64,000 bases of DNA from NCBI GenBank assembly GCA_965240325.2, contig OZ251222.1, positions 248,001 to 312,000 on the forward strand, given 5' to 3'. Both the position numbers and the translations under genes were made by a program. A model generated the notes under the pieces. It was not told the DNA's origin. It made no database searches and saw only the letters and a list, made by a program, of their open reading frames with translations. Every line of letters starts with the position of its first letter. Position 1 is the stretch's first letter. Shown in pieces: positions 1 to 9,467 of the stretch. The DNA is from Rebecca billardiae RCC1528 (Eukaryota; Protista; Haptophyta).

Positions 1-1099
1 AATGGGCCGGGCCAGCGATCGGCGTCTCGTCGACGAGTGCGGGCAGCTGGTGGCGAGCTCCGGCTTGCACGGGCAGCAGGGAGGTGGAAGGGTGAGGGCA
101 GCGGGCAGTCGGCACGGCCAGGCGGCGGTAGTGACACGACGGCGGTCAACACGGAGGGGTCGAGCCGCGGGCACGTGGTCTCGGCAGCTGCCGCGCGGGC
201 AGCTGGGTCATGCGGGGCGGCGCTGCAGGTTGCACCCGCCGTGTGAGGCGTCGAGCCGCATCCGCTCTGAGGGCTCGATCTGGGCGGCGGACACGAACGC
301 CGTAAGCGGCGTGCTGCAGGCGGGGCCGCGAGAGGCGGGGCCGCAACAACTTCCGCCGTTATCGCCGGGCGGCGACGCCTAGTCGCCGCCCTCCTCGCGC
401 GCCATCGCAGTGATCTGACCCCACACGCCTGGCATCATCGCCTCGGAGAAGTGCCGCTGCCGCGCAGCTCCAAACTCGAGCGGCGTGCGTGCTCGGAGCA
501 GCAGCCGGCTGCGGATCAGGCTTCAGTCGAATGCATACGCACCTGTGGCTGCCGTGCATGGCCTCCTCACCGAGGAAGAAGGGTGTTCTGTGGCCATCCA
601 TAAAAAAAGGTGCGCACTGGCGCCCGAGCCGCCCGCGCGGCACGCGACCTCAACTGCACCTGTTCCGATCTCGAGCTGTGGGCAGGGCGGGGTGTCTTGG
701 ATCGATGGGGAGACGCTCGGGGAAATTCGTCGGGGTAGTCTGGGACTGCGCGCGCACGCTCCCCGCCCTTCAGCGCGCCGCGCGTCGCCATGCTGAATTT
801 CCGCGAGCGGGCGGGTGCAGGGGGGGCCCGTAACGACATCTTTTCCGAAATCTTGCGCTGTGTTACTCATCACTTAATTACTGCTGCTGCTGACGATATT
901 AGTGCGCCGAATTTGAGTATTCCGTGTCACGGCGTCGTGATGACTAGTATATACTCTCGACGACAGTGCGTCATCATTAACAGCAGCCGGCTGCTACGCA
1001 TGCTCACGGGCCGCTGGCAGCACGCCAGCACTCGGTCCGTCCGCCGACCCGCGTCGGCGGACTCAGACGCGGTGACGTGGCCGCACGGTCGCGGCGTAT

Positions 1100-1445
1100 G
1101 ACGCGGGCACGGGGCAGCGCTCGGTCAGTATCGATATCTGATACTACGGATACCACCCGTCCCAGCCCCATACGTCAAGGCTCGAGTCGAGTCCGTGGTA
1201 TTGAAAAATACCCGCAACTAGTCGTGCGTGGCGGCCATCATGTCTAATAGTCCGGGCGCTCATGACATTCCATGGAATGTCATGAGCCCGCTGAGCCGAA
1301 GACGGGCTCACGTGCGCAGGGTTCACTCACTGGGACGCGGGTGGCCTGACGGACGACACTCTGAGCAGCCTGACGGCTCGGGCTTGCCGGCGCGTTGCAT
1401 ACCACGTTGTTAAATGTATACCGACCGTTTGCCGCCCGGCCGTGA
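1100..1445. repeat. Degenerate foldback with a perfect 30-bp palindromic core (1258-1287)
   Basis: GCTCATGACATTCCATGGAATGTCATGAGC is its own reverse complement. Symmetric matches continue outward, e.g. gggcagcgctcggtcagtat (~1112-1131) vs ataccgaccgtttgccgccc (~1418-1437), at similar distances from the centre. Confidence 0.7.
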
Positions 1446-1701
1446 CGGCGTGACGCGGCAGCGCGAAGCGCCGCGCGCGCGCGCACTCTAAGTTATTACT
1501 CTAAGACGACCCGAAGACACGAACTTTGGGTCGCCCGCCACGTGCGAGCGGTCCGGTCCGACCAAGCCTGTGCTGCCTTCGAGCGGCGGCGCCCACATGC
1601 GTGCTGCTCCAAGGCGCGAAGAAGGCGATGCGGACAGTGGAGGACGGCGCTCGGGGCAAAGTGGGGCGCACTGCCTATGCGCAGCGGGTCTGTCTGCTAG
1701 C

Positions 1702-2873
1702 TTACTGCGGCGAGCGCCGGCCGAGCGACAGCAAGACGTGCACGAACTGCGCCGCCATAGCGGTGAGCACGAGCCAAAAGAGGGAGACCGGCTGTCGAAG
1801 CAGCTTGCTGGGCTCGCTGGCAAGCATGCGCATCGCCGACGCACGAGACTGGGCTTTCGCACACGCGCCCACCGACGCGCGAGCGTCGGCGACCACAGCG
1901 CGCACGTCCACGTGCTCTCGGAAGAGGGTGCGGACGTGCTCGACGGCCGCCGCGTCGGAGTCGGCCATCGGGTCGACGCGCAGCACGTGGCCTTCCGGAT
2001 CGGGGTGGGTGAAGATGAACGAGCACGCCTCCTCGGGCGCGAGCTCGGCGAGCTGCTCGCACTGCGGCAGCAGGCCATACACGCGCTGCTTGGGCCGGTG
2101 GGCCTCGAAGTACTTGCGCAGGTACGGCTCGCACTTCTCGAGCGCGTACATGCCTGCGGCCGAGGCGCGTCAACGGCGGGGAGAGGGACGTGGGGCATGG
2201 TGCGGTGCGCGGCTGAGCCAGCGCGTGCGGGACGGGCGCATGGCGAGCTCGCGCCTTCCCGCGCAGATCAGCGCACTCAGAGGCATTCCGGCCGGGGCCG
2301 TCGGCACAGGCGCACCCGCGCTCCGAGCTCACCAGTGCTGACAAACTTGTTGAAGACGGCGCCGATCACAGGGATGCCACGTCGCTCGAAGTACGTCGCG
2401 CACAAGTTGTACGAGTCAATCGCATCGCCCACGCCCTGCTTGCCCACGAGCAGCACGCAGGCGTGGCACGCAAGCGCAATGTCGGCCGAGGAGCAGCCCA
2501 CGATCGAGCCGACGGAGGGATAGCCCACGCCATCGATCACGACCACGCGCTTGCCCTGCGAGATACGCTCGACGGCGCTCACGCACTGACGCACAAGGTC
2601 CTCCGACGTGCCGTGCTCACCGTCCAGAAACGCGCGCGTGAACCCGCGGTAGAAGACCACCGGGCCGATGTGCACGTACGCGATGCCCATCGACTCGCAG
2701 TACTTTGCGGTGAGCGTCGGGGCGACGCACTGCGTCGCCGGCTTGATGTACGCGACCTCAGAGGGCTTGAAGCCGAGCTCGAGCAGAGAGGCGAGTAGGC
2801 CGAGGCTGATCGTCGACTTGCCGCAGTGCGACTTGTCCCCGGCGACGAGCACGCGCAGCTGCTCGCCGCCCAT
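1702..2873 (-). CDS. BioD/CobQ/Pta-N-like P-loop protein (AAA_26-type), join(2333..2873,1702..2153)
   Basis: P-loop-like AGDKSHCGKST, YIKP, VVIDGVG and IGAVFNK motifs. A GTGAGC...CCGCAG intron at 2332-2154 joins the two ORFs in frame (STG|MYALEK). Confidence 0.75.
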
Positions 2874-3114
2874 GTCGATTGCGTCGCCCGTCCGATCACG
2901 GCCGCCGACCGGCCAATGAACCCACCCGTTCCAGAAAGGCGATTAGTTCGGACATGGTCCGGGAGCTGATACGGTCGTGACACGACCGTATCAGCGCCCG
3001 GACCACAGTGGGCAGGCGCACGCGGGGCCGCGGCCGTTGAGAGGGGGCGGGGGCGGGCGGGCGACGTCGACGTCGCGGCGATCCACGCGCTCTGCTGTCG
3101 AGGAGTTGCTGTTT

Positions 3115-4098
3115 GCGCCGCGCGCCGCGCTGGCGGGGCGGCCGGGACCCACGCGCGCCTTCGAACCCCCGGCGCCTGCGTGCTCATCGGCTTCCTCCGC
3201 CTGCGAGTAGCCCACGACCGCGCCCGCCGCGCTCTTTGAGTGCGGGTTGACCGCGCCCGAGCCTGCTCGCCGCCGAGCGCAGGGATGAGTTGAGCACGGC
3301 GCGAGGCGGCGATCGCGATCGGGCGATCGCATGAGCCCATTTGGGCCCCATCTGCCACGGCGCGACCGCTTCAGAATGCGTATGTGACCCCACTTGTCAT
3401 GGATGTCGGGTAGCGGGCGAGCACTGTTGGCCAGCGTGTCCGCGCGCGCCGCGCCTGTGCAGGGCCAGACGGGTCGCAAACACATCACAGTTGGCATCAG
3501 GACATGCTGATTACCGTGTATTGCCCAGCGTGGGCCAGCAAGGGCATGACCTTCACTGCTCTGCCAGCTCGCAACGTGCGTCAATGCTGACGGCAACTCT
3601 GGTCGCCAGAAGAACTTGCTTGAGTTCTCGTCGCGAACACGGCAGGCGTCGCATAACTACAGATGCGGACCAATCGTGCCAGCCAGTTTGCGTAGTGCAG
3701 ACATCACGAGACGCCACGGAGCGGCATCCGACCCGTATAGCCTTGCGCGAGCGCGCGCGCGCGCGCGGACATGCTGGCCGACAGTGCTCACCTGCTACCC
3801 GACATGAGACAACCATGACATGTGGGGTCACATACGCATGCTGAAGCGGTCGCGCCGTGGCAGATGGGGCCCAAATGGGCTCATGCGATCGCCCGACCGC
3901 CATCGCCGCCTCGCGCCGTGCTCAACTCATCCCTGCGCTCGGCGGCGAGCAGGCTCGGGCGCGGTCAACCCACTCAAAGAGCGCGGCGGGCGCGGTCGTG
4001 GGCTACTCGCAGGCGGAGGAAGCCGATGAGCACGCGGGCGCCGGGGGTTCGAAGGCGCGCATGGGTCCCGGCCGCCCCGCCAGCGCGGCGCGCGGCGC
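3115..4098. repeat. Long inverted repeat / foldback, arms ~335 bp (3115-~3450 and ~3757-4098), spacer ~250-300 bp
   Basis: The arms are near-identical reverse complements. The ORF track gives the same peptides on opposite strands (WGHIR..KRSRRGRWGPNGLMRSPDR). Weaker symmetry continues inward to ~3478/3729. Confidence 0.93.
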
Positions 4099-4461
4099 CC
4101 AAGTCACGTATATCTCGGGCCGCACGTCGGCCACGCGCCACTTGATCGCCATCCTGCCGCCACGAGCCGGGTGCGCGCGGGGCGCCTGGAGGCGGAACAA
4201 CACCCCGTGGAACGGGTGGAACCACGACACGCATCATGATGACGCGCACTTCACGGAGAGAAAATCATCATCAGAAAAAAAAGGTAGTGAAGGAAAGATG
4301 ATTGATGATGGGCGGGAGACATCGAATACTCGTCCTAATTTGTTTACATCCCCTGCCGCGACCGCGCTGACGTGGATCCGTGATGCCCGCCCACTGGCAC
4401 TGATCTCGAGTTCAAGACTCGTCAGCCCTCCCTGTCGTCAGGTTCGATGACGGCAGGCTGA

Positions 4462-7400
4462 TCAGTCGTCGGCAGCAGGCGCGGCAGCAGCCTCGCCGCC
4501 ACCGGCGGCCGCATCGGCGCTGCCCGGTGCAGCCTGATTGGATGGCGACGACGGCGCCGTCTTGCTCGCCGGCTGCGCCGCGGCGCCCGGAGGCGCAGCC
4601 GCTCCGCGGAACAGGTCGGCGGTGAGTGCTCTGTACACGCTCCGAGCGGTCCGGTCGGCGGTGAGCACCTTGCGCACGTCCTTGCGCGCGCGCTCGGCGA
4701 CGAGGTTGGCGACGAAGCTCATCTCGTTCACGATCGGGTCGTCCTCGGACAGCCGGCGCGCCGCCTCGAGCCGGCGCGCGGCGGGCGCGGAGTCGTCGAG
4801 CACGAGGGCGAGCGCCTCGCGCCGCGCCGCGCTCGAGCGGCGCGAGAGGCCGTCGTGCGAGTGCGAGCCAGCGGCGCGCGCGCGCGCGGGCGGCTGCGCG
4901 GCGGGTGCGGCCGCCGGCGCGCGGGCGGCCGATACATCGCGCTCGGCGGCGTCGGCGTGCGCGCCTGCCTCGCGCTCCGCCTCGCGGGCAGCTCGGCTGC
5001 CGGCGGCCGGCGCGGCGCCCTCGGCCGCCGATGGGCCAACAATCGGCTCGCCCGCGCGCGCGCGCGCCTTGAGGCGCTCGCCGTGCTCGACCTCGAGCGC
5101 ACGCACGCGCGCGTGCAGCGCGCTCCGCACGTCCTCGAGCAGCGCCTGCGTGCCCGGCTCGGCGGCGGCGGCGTGCTCGTCTGCGCCCGCGGCCGCGATC
5201 GGGTCCGCGGCGGCGGCGTGCGGCGCAGCGCCACCGTCATCGCGCGTCGCGCCGCCGCCGCCCGCGGCCGAGATGAGCTCGGTCACGTCGAAGGGCCTCG
5301 GCTCCGAGCGCGCGGTGTGGCCGAGCGCGCGCTCGATGTACGCCGCGTACCGCACGCCGCTCGCCGCGCCGTCGGCGTTCGCGTCGCAGAACGCGGTGCA
5401 CGTCGCCTTGAGCGCGCGCGCGAGCTGCGCCAGCGGCAGCGTGCCATTGCCGCCCTCCGCCGTATCTCGGTGGGCGAGATAGAGCAGCCGCCCGTACGCG
5501 GCAAACCCGGCGATGAGGAGGCGGGGGTTGGTGCTCACCGCGCTCGCGAGCGCCGGGCGCTCGTGCGGGAGCACGAGCGCGTGCAGCGCGCGCAGCTTGG
5601 GCTCGAGGTTGCACCGCACGTCCGCCGTGAGCAGGGAGGGCGCCTTGGAGACCATCACATCGACTGAGGGGGGCTCGGGCGCGCCGCCGCCTCCGCGCGC
5701 CGCGCCGTCGGCGCCGTCGGCGCCGCGGCTCGCCGCGCCGCCCGCCTCGGTGTGCACGCTGTGCAGCATGGAGTGGAGCTCGAGCATGCGGGCCTCGAGC
5801 GCGCGCACGTCTCTGAGCAGCAGCGTCGGCGCCGCGCTCACGACCGCGCCCACGTCGCAGCCGGGCAGCAGCCGCTCGAGCGCCGCCGCCTTGGCGCGCA
5901 CGCTGCCCGCCACGTCTGCGCCGAGCAGCGCGGGGCAGCGCGCGACGATCGCGCGCACGTCCCGCCCGGGGAGCAGCGCGTTGAGCTCGTCGAGCTTGGC
6001 GCCGAGCGTGTCGCGCACGTCGGCAGTGAGCAGCGTGGGCGCGCGCGCGACCAGCTTGCGCGCGTCCACGCCGGGCAGCAGCGCCTCGATCTCCGACACC
6101 TTCCGCTCGAGTCTCGCGGGCTCGACGCACAGAAGCGTCGGCGCCAGCCTGGCGATGCGCTCGAGCCGCTCGCCGCTGGGCAGCAGCGTGCGCAGCGCGT
6201 GCAGGCGGGCGCGGAGCTCGTCGGCGGTGGCGACGCCGGTCGCGAGCGCGGGCGCGCGCGAGACGATCTTGAGCACGTCCGCCCCCGGCAGCTCCTCGCG
6301 CAGCAGGTGCAGCTTGGCGCGCGCGAGCCGAAGCCGCTCGTCGCCCGCGTTCACGAGCGAGGGCGCGGCGCTGAGCAGGTCGTCGAGCTCGCTGATGTCC
6401 GCGCCCAGCTCGACGGAGAGCGTCTTGAGCGTGCGCTCGGCCTTGGCGAGCGTGCGCAGCCGCGAGCCGACCACGCGGAGGACCTCGCCGCCGAGCACCT
6501 CGGGCGCGAAGAACACCTCGACCACGTCGTGCCAGTCGGTCGCACCGCGCGGCTGCGCGCCGCGCGCCGCGCCGCGCGCGCCGCCGGCTCGCGCGCCGCC
6601 GCCGCCGCCGCCAAAGCCCACCGCGCCGCCGCTGCCGTCGACCGCGGTGTACCGCTCCCACTGCGAGCGGAGCAGGTCTCCGCACAGCGCCTGGAGCTCG
6701 GCGGTGGGCTTCAGGTCGACGAGCTCGCACACCTCCGCCTCCGACGTCTTGGGCTCCACCTGCGCGCACACGTCCCCGGGCGCGAGCCGCGCGAGCAGAA
6801 AGTCTCGGTACTCCGGGTACTTGGCGTCAAAGGTGCGCGTGCTCGCCTTGAGGACGGACGAGAGCTGCGTGACGGGGACGGGCTCGCCGGTGGCGGCGCG
6901 CAGGAAGGAGAGCCGCCACAGCGCGCCGAAGCCGACGAGCAGCAGCGCCGGGTCGCGCTCCACCTTCTGCGCGAGCTCGTCGGGGCCGCCGAGCCCGGTG
7001 GGCTTGACGAGCACGTGCAGCCGCAGCTCCGAGAGCTTGGCGAGGACGGTGCGCTTGATGTCGCACGTGAGCAGCGCGGGCACCCGCTCGATCATCCGCG
7101 GCACGTCCGCGTGCGGCAGCAGCGCCTTGAGGTCGCCCACCTTGGGCACGACCGAGCCCGTCGAGTGCCGCAGCAGCGTGGGCGCGAGCGTGACGACGCG
7201 GCCGACGTCGACGCCGGGGAGGGCGGAGGCGAGCAGCCGCACTCTAGGCTCGAGCTTCGTCTCGATGTCCTGCCCGAGGAACGCCGGGTTGCGGCAGAGG
7301 ATCTTGGGCAGGTCGGCCGTGGGCACGAGCTCGCCGACTTGCGCCGCCCATGTGCGCATTGCGTCCACGTCGCGAAACGTCGGGCGCTGCGCGGAGAGAC

Positions 7401-7692
7401 GCAGCAGGCGCGGGAGCAGCGGGCTATCCGGGCTCAGCTTGTACTCGTCCACCCAGAACGCCCGCACCTGCTGCTCCTCCGCGCCGAAAGCCAGCGGCGC
7501 CGACGACACGCGCGCAATGCGAGCAGACGCGATCACGGCTGATCGCGCACAGTGCGCATGCGCGGCGGGCGCGCGCGGGCGAGCCGCGGGCGTGATCGCG
7601 GCATGCACGCGAGGCCGTGCAGCCGGCGTGGACGTGCCCTGCACGACGCACGCGAGCGCCAGGGCCGTCGACACCGCCGCGGCAGGCGTCAT
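4462..7692 (-). CDS. mTERF-like helical repeat protein with N-terminal signal/transit peptide (probably plastid-targeted)
   Basis: Many ~35-aa repeats of the form LP..DV..+V..AP.LL..DV...L..KL..L in two blocks. Hydrophobic leader (STALALACVVQG) followed by an Ala/Arg-rich stretch. First ATG at 7692. Confidence 0.7.
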   Translation of the reverse strand: MTPAAAVSTALALACVVQGTSTPAARPRVHAAITPAARPRAPAAHAHCARSAVIASARIARVSSAPLAFGAEEQQVRAFWVDEYKLSPDSPLLPRLLRLSAQRPTFRDVDAMRTWAAQVGELVPTADLPKILCRNPAFLGQDIETKLEPRVRLLASALPGVDVGRVVTLAPTLLRHSTGSVVPKVGDLKALLPHADVPRMIERVPALLTCDIKRTVLAKLSELRLHVLVKPTGLGGPDELAQKVERDPALLLVGFGALWRLSFLRAATGEPVPVTQLSSVLKASTRTFDAKYPEYRDFLLARLAPGDVCAQVEPKTSEAEVCELVDLKPTAELQALCGDLLRSQWERYTAVDGSGGAVGFGGGGGGARAGGARGAARGAQPRGATDWHDVVEVFFAPEVLGGEVLRVVGSRLRTLAKAERTLKTLSVELGADISELDDLLSAAPSLVNAGDERLRLARAKLHLLREELPGADVLKIVSRAPALATGVATADELRARLHALRTLLPSGERLERIARLAPTLLCVEPARLERKVSEIEALLPGVDARKLVARAPTLLTADVRDTLGAKLDELNALLPGRDVRAIVARCPALLGADVAGSVRAKAAALERLLPGCDVGAVVSAAPTLLLRDVRALEARMLELHSMLHSVHTEAGGAASRGADGADGAARGGGGAPEPPSVDVMVSKAPSLLTADVRCNLEPKLRALHALVLPHERPALASAVSTNPRLLIAGFAAYGRLLYLAHRDTAEGGNGTLPLAQLARALKATCTAFCDANADGAASGVRYAAYIERALGHTARSEPRPFDVTELISAAGGGGATRDDGGAAPHAAAADPIAAAGADEHAAAAEPGTQALLEDVRSALHARVRALEVEHGERLKARARAGEPIVGPSAAEGAAPAAGSRAAREAEREAGAHADAAERDVSAARAPAAAPAAQPPARARAAGSHSHDGLSRRSSAARREALALVLDDSAPAARRLEAARRLSEDDPIVNEMSFVANLVAERARKDVRKVLTADRTARSVYRALTADLFRGAAAPPGAAAQPASKTAPSSPSNQAAPGSADAAAGGGEAAAAPAADD

Positions 7693-7915
7693 CAAGCGCG
7701 TCGGCGCCCGTCCCGTGACGCTTCGTCACCGGCGAAAGATCGATGACAGCTGCGAAAGTGAAGCCAGGATCTCCAGAGCCACTGCTTCCTGGCTGCTACT
7801 TAGTTTCGTCGCCTGCCCATAACTTTGGTCGTCGCGAAGCCTCGTCGCCGAGGACGAGATCGTTCGCCAACTTTCGGTTGGAAAAAGTTGGCCGGAGTCG
7901 CAGGCGAACGCAAGT

Positions 7916-9019
7916 TTGCCCGAGATCCCGGACTGGAGCAAGCAAACCGGCAGAGAGAAAGCGCGTGCCGCCATCGTCGGTATCGTCGGCTCTCGATCGG
8001 CGCCGATGTACTTCGCGACGGCGTTCTCGCCGGACCGGCGGCACCTCGTGTGCGCGGGTGCGAGCGGGCGCGTGCACGTGTGGGACGTCGAGAGCGCACT
8101 CTCCGCATCCGACGGGCCCGCCGAGGGCCACACCGCGCGCTCTTTCCGCGCGCACAGCAACACCATCTATGCACTCGTCTTTGTGCGCGTGGGCAAGCGT
8201 GAGCTGCTCGTGACGGGGGGCGACACGGACATTAAGGCGTGGGCCTGGCCGGATGTGATGGCAAACCTCGCCTCAGCCGGTGAGTCCACCCCCGAGCCCG
8301 CCTTCCGCGTGGAGCACCCGCGCGCGACCGGAGTGCGCGGGTCGATCGGCGCGCTCGCCGAGACCAACGGCCTCGCGTTCGATGCGCGCTCGTCGACGCT
8401 CTTCTCCGCGGCGGGCGACGGCAACGCGTACGCCTGGGACGTGGGCACCGCCAAACTCGTGCGCACCTTCGCCGGCCACGAGGGCTACCTGCACTGCGTC
8501 GCGGCGCGGCCGCTCGCGAAGCAGATCGTGACGGGCTCGGAGGACGGCACGGCGAGGCTGTGGGACGTGCGCGCGGCCGACGGCGCGGTGTCGACGCTGC
8601 GGCCGCCCGGGGCTCCGTGCGGCTGGTGCTCGTGCGCGCAGGTCGATCAGACCGAGGACTGGCTCGTGTGCGGCTGGGGCTTCGGGGCGCTCACCACGTG
8701 GAGCCTCACCGCGCACATCTGCACGGCGGCCATGCCCACGCTCGCCGCGCCCCAGTACGTGTGCTTTGCGGCGCACTCGCAGAGCTCGCTCTACTCGGTG
8801 GGCGCGGAGCCGCTCGTGTACGAGTGGACGCTGTCGGGCACGCTCAACCAGCGCATGCCGAGCAAAGCCACGTCGCTCTTCGGCGTGGCCTCCGCGCCGT
8901 CCTCCGGCATGCACGAGCGCCTGGGCGGGCTGATCGCCGTGTGCGGCAACGCGCCCGTCGTGCAGCTCGTCGACGGCGGGCTGGGCACGGTGGTGGCCGA
9001 CTTGGCGCCGCGCGAGTAG
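7916..9019 (+). CDS. THOC6: WD40 protein, THO complex subunit 6
   Basis: WD repeats and THOC6-type motifs: FRAHSNTIYAL, DIKAWAW, AETNGL, AAGDGNAYAWD, FAGHEGYLHCV, TGSEDGTARLWD. The start is uncertain: first in-frame ATG at ~8006, with a possible upstream mini-exon at 7743-7757. Confidence 0.82.
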   Translation: MPEIPDWSKQTGREKARAAIVGIVGSRSAPMYFATAFSPDRRHLVCAGASGRVHVWDVESALSASDGPAEGHTARSFRAHSNTIYALVFVRVGKRELLVTGGDTDIKAWAWPDVMANLASAGESTPEPAFRVEHPRATGVRGSIGALAETNGLAFDARSSTLFSAAGDGNAYAWDVGTAKLVRTFAGHEGYLHCVAARPLAKQIVTGSEDGTARLWDVRAADGAVSTLRPPGAPCGWCSCAQVDQTEDWLVCGWGFGALTTWSLTAHICTAAMPTLAAPQYVCFAAHSQSSLYSVGAEPLVYEWTLSGTLNQRMPSKATSLFGVASAPSSGMHERLGGLIAVCGNAPVVQLVDGGLGTVVADLAPRE

Positions 9020-9467
9020 TGGGCACAGGGCACCGCCACCGCCTCGCCCGTCGCGCGCGGCGGACCGTCCGGAGATGGGTGTACGCCGCCGATCGCTGCT
9101 TGTGATGGCGCGGATTCGAAGTTTCCGCGCCACGCCTTCCGTCGTCGTTTCGCCGACGATGATGAATTCGCGCGCGCTGCGCCGCTGCGCCGCCGGTGCT
9201 GACGAGTGCAGCATGCGCTGATTTATATCGCGTTTGTTCGGGCCCGGCCCCGGCCGCGCCCGCGCCGCCGCCTGGGGGTGGCCGCCGGGTATAGTGGAAT
9301 CACGCCCGGTAGTATGACGCGACTATATATATTAATATAATCTGTGAATTAAGACTGAAGCTAATAAGACAGTCAGCAGCCGCCAGTCTTCTTCATATCG
9401 AGGCGGTGACGCGGCCCCTGCGACAGCGTTTCTGATGAGATAAAAAATCGCGTCGTCATCATCATGA

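Noticed and set aside
1-1100. Short ORFs at the start of the window
   Set aside because: No recognisable motifs or consistent coding frame. They may be UTR, a decayed repeat, or part of a gene outside the window.
2991-4450. Duplicated peptides in the ORF track interpreted as a paralogous gene pair
   Set aside because: They result from the inverted repeat. Indels between the arms break the frames and no domain is evident.
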